Below are positions 1 to 10,000 of a stretch of 64,000 nucleotides of DNA, piece by piece. The position numbers and the translations under genes are program-made. The stretch spans positions 1 through 64,000 of the forward strand of contig NIVC01003077.1 of the NCBI GenBank assembly GCA_002269645.1, read 5' to 3'. Position 1 is the stretch's first letter. Every line of letters starts with the position of its first letter. Source of the DNA: Macrostomum lignano (Eukaryota). The notes beneath the pieces were generated by a model. That model ran no database searches, was not told the DNA's origin, and worked only from the letters and a program-made list of their open reading frames with translations.

Positions 1-710
<710 letters not shown>

Positions 711-1554
711 AACTGAATTTCATTTGGAAAATCACGTCGCGTAAAAATTCTGAAAGCTATTCAATTTGACTAACATGTAGTGTGAGCATCTTTTGCGTGT
801 ATTTGTTAGTTAATTGATTGTATTAGTTTCTATATTGTTAATTATTATTTTGCTTCAATTTAGTCACGCGGTCTAATGTACTTTTTTTTTGTTAGTTAAA
901 ATCTAAATTTGTAAACAGGTTAGAAGTCAGACGCCAATTCTGTGACTCAGCGGAGGGTTGAGTTTTTCTGCGAACCCCAGCTTTGCGCGGCAAGCCAATC
1001 AGAACCGGCCTGGACCCTGGCACGCGGCAAAATCCAAGTCTACCCGGCGCCGCGGGCACAGTGCAAATCAGCTTAGCGGGCGGCCGGCCAGACGACCACA
1101 CCCGGCTTGAGGGGGGTGGTTTGAGGGTTTGACTCTGACTATATATGAAAGTGTGTTTGGCAATCGGATCTCACTTTTCCTTTTCCCTTTCTCGCTTCTG
1201 TTTTTCCGTCCCCGGTCTTGATTTTTGTCCCGGCTTTCCGGCCGCTTGCCCTTGTTTTGGTTCGCGCTTTGAGGCGTTTGAGTTCATCACCCCGTCCATA
1301 TTTTTGTCCCGCCCGACCGCTTCAGTCTTGTAGCGTAACGTCTACGGCAAACTTCTGTCTGAAGTCGTCGCTATCAAGCGCGGTTAGATAGAGACTGTCG
1401 GATTTGACCAAGTACGAGATCTCGGCGTCCTTGCTCTTGGTGGCCGCCGTCAACTTGTGAAGCAGCAGTTAGATTAATCTCCTAAGCTATGACATTCTTG
1501 TATTTCATACTGTCTGACAAGAGAATAAGTGTAAAAAGCAGAAAATAAGAATGC

Positions 1555-1660
1555 AATTTTCGCGCCCATGGTTCCACAAAATTTCGCGCCAGACCCCAGG
1601 ATTCGCGCATTCGCGCCATTTTCGCGCCTGGCGCGAATTCGCGCCTGAATCACACCACTG
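1555..1660. mobile_element. Probable terminus of a hAT-like DNA transposon with subterminal TTCGCGC(C) repeats
   Basis: Seven TTCGCGC(C) motifs (six forward, one inverted) end at CACACCACTG (reverse complement CAGTGGTGTG) and directly abut a truncated mariner ORF. No second end was found. Confidence 0.4.
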
Positions 1661-1918
1661 ATTGAGTCATCAAAGGCTGCTATGACAGAAAAGTGGAATG
1701 CTGTGTCACTAGCCTATATCCGCAACACTTGCAGAACTTTCCAAAGATGCCTTCAGAGAGCCATTGAAGCTTGAGGTGGCTACTTTGAGTAATATTAACT
1801 ACTGCAAGTCATGAACACATGCAAAAGGTTTTAGTAGCCAAAAATATACAAACTGAATAATAATACTTTTTATGTTGCTTCTAATTTACTGAAAAGACTT
1901 TTGCAACACCCACTCGTA
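1661..1918 (+). mobile_element. Tc1/mariner-type transposon 3' remnant
   Basis: 1661..1792 reads IESSKAAMTEKWNAVSLAYIRNTCRTFQRCLQRAIEA*GGYFE*, a typical transposase C-terminus. A TIR-like end ...CTTTTGCAACACCCACTCG is followed by TA at 1917-1918. Confidence 0.7.
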
Positions 1919-3304
1919 CGTGGCCTCGATCCTGAGGGCCTCAGTGTCACACTGAAGGGCAGTGCTGATAGAATTTAGTCAGTGCTCCGTTGAACGGTCA
2001 ATTCGGCAGGGCTCTCGTTGAGTGTAGGTTCTGGTTTAGGCCAGGGGTTAGGAGTCTTCTCCGTGGTCGTGTTCGGTTTTTCTTCTTCAAGCTGAGATCT
2101 GCTTGCCATTGCGTAACTAAGTTATTATTAATCGTTTGTCTCGTTATCATTTTCCGCTATTATCAGTTCGAAATTATCTGCGCCGCGAATTGCATTGAAG
2201 CTTGTAACTTGAAGTAATCAAATTAAATCGTCTAGCCAATTATCAGTCTGTATCATATAGGATTATCACTCTCTAAATCTATTCGGTTCGTGTTCATCTG
2301 CGTTCTTCCTTTCCTTGTGCCGTACTGTGACTGTTGGAGAAAGACTGGTAGGACTCGCCGACCGGCGATAGGCAATTAGGGCCAATAGCTTTAAAATCTC
2401 CGAACGCTCCAAGTAGGTTTGTCTAGGGCCTAAATAATTGCTTATCGTGCATGCTATATACATTTATTGTATCTATCACAAACAGTAGACTAGAGCAAAA
2501 ATATCATGCGAGCGTAGTTTTTCTAACATTTAAAACCGGGAGATTGTGCACAATCATTATGCATGGAAATTTGGTTTGTAATTTTTTATTTTTTTCTGCG
2601 GGAGATTTTGCTGTCACGTCAATGATCGCATCAGCAATCCCATTTGGCAGATTTTAAAAGTGCGGGTTCTTTTAGGTCTCAGGGCCCGAAATCTATCTGA
2701 AAATCTGCCGTAGATACCAACAGTAGAACAACAGTTTTTGTTCTCAAGAAATAAAAAAATGCATCGAATGTGCATTATTCTTAAAACGATTTGTGTACAT
2801 TATTTTAGTACATGTTTATTGTAAACATCCTTAAATTTAAAAATGAAATATTGCGTATTTGACTAAGTTAAAACGTTTGAATCATTGTTATAATAATCGT
2901 AAATACCTCTGACTTACACAGTATAACCCTAATCTGTGTAACTATTGCTACTCGCACAATTCAAACTATGCGTGCTATTTGTCCATATACTAAAATGGTT
3001 TGTCGGCATCTATGACTGTCGGTATGTGATCGATTTCAGAAAGAACGACTCAACCGATATTCTTCGAACTTGCACCATTCGGTCAAACATTTTCCCGTGC
3101 CGGTACATGTGTCTTGGCTATTTGTTTGAACAAAAGATTCTCCTCAAAGAAATTGTGCGGAGGCAGTTCAGAGGCAGTCACAACATTCCAACTGACTGCG
3201 AAATCACTAGAACGCATATACACGAGTGAATTAATTGTGAGTAGGAGTAAATAAATAAGCGTATATTTCAGTCAAAAACAGCTCAGTCACGAAATCATGG
3301 AAAT

Positions 3305-5578
3305 CTAGCTGCTGTTCTCCAGCCACTCCAGAACCTTCACCAGCAGATCCCTGGCAATGCCAGAAGCCTCCTGCACCAGCCTCTTGGCCAGCTCGATAGC
3401 AGCCTGCTTGCCGTGCTCAGCCAGCTCCCTCAGGATAGCCTTGACCTGCTCCATGTCGATACCGATGATGTCCAGGATGTAGGCATTGCGGTTCTCCAGC
3501 CACTGAAGGACCTTGATGAGGACGTCCCTCAGTTCTCCTTCGGCATCCTGCAGGAGCTTTTTAGTCAGCCTGATGGCGGCCTCCTTTCCGGCGTTAGCCA
3601 GCTCCCTCAGGATAGCCTTGACCTCATCAATGTCAATATCGATGTTGTCCAGGATGTAGGCGTCGTCGTTGCGGTTCTCCAGCCACTCGAGGACACGGAT
3701 GAGGATGTCCTTCAGAGCTCCCTGGGCCTCCTGCAGCAGTCTCTTGGCCAGCTCGATAGCGGCCTGCTTGCCGTGCTCAGCCAGCTCCCTCAGGATGGCC
3801 TTGACCTGCTCGATGTCGATACCGATGATGTCCAGGATATAGGCAGACCTCTGACGCTCCAGGATCTCGAGCACCTTGATGAGGATGTCCTTAAGAGCTC
3901 CTTGGGCTTCCTCCAGCATCCTCTTGGCCAGCTCGATAGCGGCCTGCTTGCCGTGCTGAGCGAGCTCCCTCAGGATAGCCTTGACCTCCTCCACGTCGAT
4001 GCCGATCAGGTCCAGGATGAAAGCGTCGTCGTTGCGGTTCTCCAGCCACTCCAGAACCTTCACCAGTAGATCCTTGGCAATGCCAGAAGCCTCCTGCACC
4101 AGCCTCTTGGCCAGCTCGATAGCGGCCTGCTTGCCGTGCTCAGCCAGCTCCCTCAGGATAGCCTTGACCTGCTCGAGGTCGATACCGATGATGTCCAGGA
4201 TGTAGGCGTCGTCGTTGCGGTTCTCCAGCCACTCCAGAACCTTCACCAGCAGATCCTTGGCGATGCCAGAAGCTTCCTGCAGCAGTCTCTTGGCCAGCTC
4301 GATAGCGGCCTGCTTGCCGTGCTCAGCCAGCTCTCTCAGGATAGCCTTGACCTGCTCCATGTCGATGCCAATGATGTCCAGGATGTAGGCGGACCTCTGA
4401 CGCTCCAGGATCTCGAGCACCTTGATGAGGATGTCCTTCAGAGCTCCTTGAGCGTGCTCCAACATCCTCTTGGCCAGCTGGATAGCGGCGTCCATACCGT
4501 TCTGAGCGAGCTCCCTCAGGATGGCCTTGACCTCCTCGACGTCAATGCCGATCAGGTCGAGAATGAACGCGTCGTCATTGCGGTTCTCCAGCCACTCGAG
4601 GACACGGATGAGGATGTCCTTCAGAGCTCCCTGGGCCTCCTGCAGCAGTCTCTTGGCCAGCTCGATAGCGGCCTGCTTGCCGTGCTCAGCCAGCTCCCTC
4701 AGGATGGCCTTGACCTGCTCGATGTCGATACCGATGATGTCCAGGATATAGGCAGACCTCTGACGCTCCAGGATCTCGAGCACCTTGATGAGGATGTCCT
4801 TAAGAGCTCCTTGGGCTTCCTCCAGCATCCTCTTGGCCAGCTCGATAGCGGCCTGCTTGCCGTGCTGAGCGAGCTCCCTCAGGATAGCCTTGACCTCCTC
4901 CACGTCGATGCCGATCAGGTCCAGGATGAAAGCGTCGTCGTTGCGGTTCTCCAGCCACTCCAGAACCTTCACCAGTAGATCCTTGGCAATGCCAGAAGCC
5001 TCCTGCACCAGCCTCTTGGCCAGCTCGATAGCGGCCTGCTTGCCGTGCTCAGCCAGCTCCCTCAGGATAGCCTTGACCTGCTCGAGGTCGATACCGATGA
5101 TGTCCAGGATGTAGGCGTCGTCGTTGCGGTTCTCCAGCCACTCCAGAACCTTTACCAGCAGATCCTTGGCGATGCCAGAAGCCTCCTGCACCAGCCTCTT
5201 GGCCAGCTCGATAGCGGCCTGCTTGCCGTGCTCAGCCAGCTCCCTCAGGATGGCCTTGACCTGCTCCATGTCGATACCGATGATGTCCAGGATGTAGGCG
5301 GACTTCTGACGCTCCAGAATTTCGAGGACCTTGATGAGGATGTCCTTCAGGGCTCCTTGAGCGTGTTCCAACATCCTCTTGGCCAGCTCGATAGCGGCGT
5401 CCATACCGTTCTGAGCGAGCTCCCTCAGGATAGCCTTGACCTCCTCCACGTCGATGCCGATCAGATCCAGGATGAAGGCGTCATCCTGCAGTTCACCCTT
5501 CGCTACCTCCTGCAGAGGAGCGGCCTGGGCAAAGGCGAATGCCAAAGAGGCGAGTCCTAGTAGAATCCAAAGCTTCAT
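3305..5578 (-). CDS. Secreted polyprotein precursor, 757 aa: signal peptide, short acidic pro-piece and 12 tandem 58-61 aa amphipathic helical units; function unknown
   Basis: ATG at 5578 in tcaaacATGA context; signal-like MKLWILLGLASLAFAFAQA; uninterrupted ORF to TAG at 3305; GC3-rich codons. Repeat consensus [YF]ILD[IL]IGIDxE[QE]VKAILRELAEHGKQAAIELAKRLxQEAxGxxKDxLxKVLEWLEN plus linker RNDDA / RQRSA. Confidence 0.92.
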   Translation of the reverse strand: MKLWILLGLASLAFAFAQAAPLQEVAKGELQDDAFILDLIGIDVEEVKAILRELAQNGMDAAIELAKRMLEHAQGALKDILIKVLEILERQKSAYILDIIGIDMEQVKAILRELAEHGKQAAIELAKRLVQEASGIAKDLLVKVLEWLENRNDDAYILDIIGIDLEQVKAILRELAEHGKQAAIELAKRLVQEASGIAKDLLVKVLEWLENRNDDAFILDLIGIDVEEVKAILRELAQHGKQAAIELAKRMLEEAQGALKDILIKVLEILERQRSAYILDIIGIDIEQVKAILRELAEHGKQAAIELAKRLLQEAQGALKDILIRVLEWLENRNDDAFILDLIGIDVEEVKAILRELAQNGMDAAIQLAKRMLEHAQGALKDILIKVLEILERQRSAYILDIIGIDMEQVKAILRELAEHGKQAAIELAKRLLQEASGIAKDLLVKVLEWLENRNDDAYILDIIGIDLEQVKAILRELAEHGKQAAIELAKRLVQEASGIAKDLLVKVLEWLENRNDDAFILDLIGIDVEEVKAILRELAQHGKQAAIELAKRMLEEAQGALKDILIKVLEILERQRSAYILDIIGIDIEQVKAILRELAEHGKQAAIELAKRLLQEAQGALKDILIRVLEWLENRNDDAYILDNIDIDIDEVKAILRELANAGKEAAIRLTKKLLQDAEGELRDVLIKVLQWLENRNAYILDIIGIDMEQVKAILRELAEHGKQAAIELAKRLVQEASGIARDLLVKVLEWLENSS

Positions 5579-5627
5579 GTTTGAAGTTTTCAAGTCGAGT
5601 GATGAGTCGTTTACGAAATTTGGTCCG

Positions 5628-5633
5628 TATATA
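5628..5633 (-). promoter_or_regulatory. Possible TATA box of the polyprotein gene
   Basis: TATATA lies about 28 nt upstream of an Inr-like TCATCA (5605-5600) and about 50 nt upstream of the ATG. Confidence 0.3.
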
Positions 5634-5955
5634 TGCATTTTCAAGTTGCTTTGCTAGTGATTTCTGACTTGTTTCGGCTGACGTTTTCTCATCGTTATCA
5701 GTTCACCGCTTTGTTTGCTGTCTTTCAAACGTGCGTATCATTGAGGGAAATATTTCACCGATTTTTCCTTCTGGACCATTTTTAACCTTTCCTTTGGAAT
5801 AATTCCAAAGTGGCTTAATGTTGCAGAAATTCCTGCACTCTGTTGATAGGAAATTGAAATTGGTTTGCTTTTTCAGAAAAAATTCTTCGGTGGCGTGATT
5901 TGATAGCGTCACGCGTTGACACATGCGATTCTGACACTTACCGCGTCAGGGCAAA

Positions 5956-5978
5956 TCTTATATGGTTTCTATTTTTAA
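5956..5978. promoter_or_regulatory. CArG-like box next to a MEF2 consensus site
   Basis: TCTTATATGG (5956-5965, one mismatch to CC[A/T]6GG) and CTATTTTTAA (5969-5978, fits YTA[A/T]4TAR), upstream of a sarcomeric gene. Confidence 0.3.
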
Positions 5979-6375
5979 CTTTTTAATACGTGCTCTACAG
6001 GTTTAGAGTTAGAAGTTACGTTGAAGACTGAGATGCGCATTAGTTTCATTGATGAATGATGATGGCTCTCAAGGCTCGTTTACGCTGCCATCAAAGACAA
6101 ATTTTTTGTTATCACAAATCTTGTATATGCACAAAAATTTTCGTAGCTGTGTACTATTAATTTTTTATTTGAAGGCTGTGAACAAGCCTTGAATTCTGAA
6201 CGGACTGGGCAGTATTTTTTGTGAGATAATTTCATCGCATCGCAGTCATAGTCGAAAAACTTCTTTACCCAATTCTGCCAAGGTTGTTCGGATCAGCTAG
6301 AAAGTATATGGCGCCCATATTGATGGCTTGCTATGCGGCTGGGGAAGGAAAGATTCGGTGGGTCTGGTCTATTTT

Positions 6376-6385
6376 CCAAATTAGG
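6376..6385. promoter_or_regulatory. CArG box (SRF consensus)
   Basis: CCAAATTAGG is a perfect CC[A/T]6GG, about 500 bp upstream of the titin-like ATG. Confidence 0.35.
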
Positions 6386-6890
6386 AAAGCCCCCTTTCAA
6401 ATCGATCCACGGCAAACCTTCCCGTTCTTTCGCTCCACTCTTCTTTCTCCCCTCAAACCTATCGTCATCTGCGCCGCCATCCCCGGCTCCACAGACAGTT
6501 TGCCTCTGGCATTTATGCCCGCGCTCGGCGCCCCGACCCGACAGACCGCGCTTGCACACGCTCGGCGAGGTCCAAATTTCGTCTAGAGCGCGGCGGCAGG
6601 CAGGCAAAGCTAGGGGCCATTCAGGCCGAGTTCTTCTTCTCGGCTGCGGACCTGCTGGCAGCAGACGGACGAGCAGAACCCTAGCAAAGCGCGAAGAGCA
6701 AATCTCGGATCGGCTTCCTCGAAGGAGAGGAAATCTTTTTTTCTTTATCGCTTCGAACTATTCACCTTTCTTTTCTCCTTTCCTTCATTAGTATTGTTAG
6801 TTACGCTTGCCCCTGTTTATTAGCCTAGAGCGACCACACAGCAATTCTGAGCAACCTAGAGACGCACACGATAACAAATACAAAAAGATC

Positions 6891-7007
6891 ATGTCGGACC
6901 ACAGTTCAGCTTCGTCGGACTTTTCGGAGACTCATCCTTCCACCACAACCATCAGCACCGTTGCTGTGCAGGCTGGTCCTGCCAGAATTGTGCTGGCTGT
7001 ATTGCGG
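6891..7007 (+). CDS. Titin-like exon 1 (CCDC141-type N-terminus)
   Basis: MSDHSS...[23 protein letters not shown] then gtaggt; matches the recalled CCDC141 start STTTVSSVAVQAGDSKIVIAVIK. Confidence 0.85.
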
Positions 7008-10000
7008 GTAGGTCTTTCCCACTGAAACATGCTTAGTTCTTTGCCCAGGAATCAACTGTGATTGTCGTGTATTAGCCTGTAGAACGAATTGGATACATAA
7101 GAGTTACACAGTTTCTACTAGAAAGACACCCAGGCTTATTGACAAGTTTGTCTTGCCGGCATTCTTATCAGGGTGCGCTTGTAGCTTCACACACTGGCTA
7201 GGGGGGGGGGGACGGACCTAGCGACACATGCGAGGGATTCGCGTTTGAAAAGGGGAGCTCAAAATAGAGTAGAATACCGGCTTGTACGAGTATTGGCATG
7301 GTTGTATGCGCATTTGAAAACTTCGAGAACAGATAACCAAATCGATGAAATTTGCAATGTATTTTATCTTAGTGCGGAGAATGGATCAGAGTTCGTATTC
7401 AGCAAATGGACCCGGACCTGTACGACATCGGCGCCAGTTTAGAGGAGGCCATGGAGATGCAGAGAGTTCACGAACAGCTGCGCAACAAACTGCAGGTAGT
7501 TAAAGTGTTCGATTATTCAAACAATTTTGCGAGTATTAGGACTCAGAACCAAGACTGCACAGACTACCTAGAAATTTTTCACAAATTTTAGGCAAAGCAG
7601 TCGCAAATCTCAGAGCTTCTGGCCCGAGCAGACGATCTCGTGGCTCAACAGCGCACCGCACGGAAGTTTACGAAGCCATGGCCCAGTCGCTGGGTAAAGC
7701 CTGGCAAGATCTTCAAAGCATCATGGAGCGACGCAGCGACTTGCTAGCCCATGCCGTGTTATTCTTCACGCACGTCAGCCAGTATTCGAATCAATTCGAC
7801 CTAATCACCGATCTATGTCGACACTTCGACGCACCGCACGACGGACAGACAGTGGAGCGTCTGCTCCATGAGCATCACGAAATGAAGCAGAAGCTGTTGG
7901 AGCAGTCCAAAGTTACACTGGAAGTTGGACACCAGCTGCTAGATCATTTGAGGAGGCTGAGCTGTGCCACCCAGTCTGAGCAGCGGCAATCTGTTCTGAC
8001 GGCCTGTAATCGCGTGGAGCGAATTCTCGAGAGCCTGACAGAGCGACGGCGTGGCCTTGACGAGCTGTGGCGCGGTCGAAAGCACCGGCTAGAAGAGGCC
8101 ACCAGGCTGACTTCTCTCGACGATGAACTTCAGCGGCTGCTGAGATCGCTTGCCAGAGGCGATTACCTGGTCTCAAATTGCGAGATCGGTCGGAGCCTTC
8201 AGGAGTCTGAGATGCTGATGAAAGAAGTTCTGGCGTTCGGCAACGAGGCGGGCGATGTTCAAGACGCTCTGCTCCGATTGTGCCGTTCCGCAACGTCTCT
8301 CATGGAGCCGGGAGGCTTTGCGGACACGGACTCAATCAGACGGAGGCTTGAGAAGGCCGACCGCGTAGCAGAAGAGTTCATCCAGCGTTTGGAGACGCGA
8401 AGGCGACTGCTAAATATGGCCGTAATTTTCTACAGCGAAGTTGAAGTGCTATTTCAGCGAGCCCGTCGACTTGACATTGCGCCAAATGAGTCACTTCACG
8501 AGGTTGAAGCCAGGCTGCCTGGGCTTCGCACTACCGGACAGGCATTGCTGGCCAAGCTTGAGCCGGACAGTCACTCTGCGCATGCGGTCAGGTCGAAGCT
8601 GAAGGAAGCTGAAGACTTCCTAGACAAGTGCTACCAGCTCGTGCGCCGTCATGAACAAGAAGATGAGAAGCGGACTTGCACTAGTCGGCTGGAGATTCTG
8701 AACACTTGGATGGTTGAGATTGTCTTCCGTCGGCTGCGCGAGGGCAACGATCCAGGAACTACGGTGGCCTCAGTGCAGAACTTCATCGATGCGCACCAGC
8801 ATCTGCTAGAGGAGCTATCAAGACGCGAGGGCGAATTTCATCAGGTTGAAATTCTAATTGAACCGCTACACGATAAGCGCGCATTCCTTCGGCGCCTGCA
8901 GGAGCTGCGCCAGAAACTGGGCCATGCTAAGACCATCTGCCACTTCCGCCTGGACGTTGGTCATCGCTTGCTGGCCCTACTCAGACAAGCGCAGCAGGAC
9001 GAGCTCAGTATCCAGGTGTTCCTGAGTGGCCTTGACGAGGCCAGAACCCGGGCTGACCTGCTGACAGACTACTGGTTTACGGACTCTGCGAGACAGCAGA
9101 ATATGCTTGTTAGCCAGCTGTACGATCAGCAAGCGAGCATCAGGGAGATTCTAAAGAAGGTATGACTGATTTGCGTAGATTTTTATCCAATAATCCAATG
9201 ATCAAGACTGTTAATAAGGAATTTATATGATTTTCCCGTCAGATTTCTGCCAGTCGCACGGCTGAAGACGACGACTTCTCGGCTGGGCCGCTCAGCCGCT
9301 ACCTGGAGTCGCAGCTGGCGCGCATCGATGCTCACCTATCGGCCCTGCACGAGCAGTGGAACTCGGCGCAGCGCCTACGCGAAGAGGTCGGCATCTATAA
9401 GCAGCAGCTGCGCGAGTTCAACAGCGACGCCCGACGAGCCGAGGATATGATGCGCGACGCTGAGGCTAAGTTTACGTCTACTGTGCACTTTCGGTGAGCA
9501 CATTTTTTGTTGCTGACATAAGTTTCTAACCCTACAAGGGAGAGACGTCTAGATACTTAAAGACTCGAGTTGAAATATATTGGGGATCAAAGCTCATTTG
9601 AAGCTAAAGAACCGTTGCATTCCATGCTCCATGCTCATTACATTTATTGAATAGTTCAAGCCCCAAAACGGGCCTGTCAAAAAAGGCCTTCTGCTACTGT
9701 TTATTTGTATGCTATTAACTTTATCATTAATTTTATTGCACTTCATATTAGTATTATGAAAATTTTGCTAGCCGCTTATCTCTGCAACAATTCTCAAGAA
9801 ATATCTTTCCACCCTCCAATGCAGTGACTTTCTCGACTTCGACCAGTTTCTAGCCGAGCACAATCGCTCTCGCGACGTAGTCAATCAATTCGTCAATTTG
9901 ACCCTGACCAAGGGTCGCGACCTGCTGCACATGCTGTCAACACGAAGCGAAGACAGCGGCGCAGCCAAGGAGACTCGCAGCGCTCTCAGCTCGCTTCAGG

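Noticed and set aside
3413-5657. Plus-strand ORFs overlapping the polyprotein gene
   Set aside because: Antisense shadows of a repetitive GC3-rich CDS, with no independent features.
6284-6791. Short overlapping ORFs upstream of the titin-like ATG
   Set aside because: No recognisable domains or splice support; probably promoter or 5' UTR sequence.
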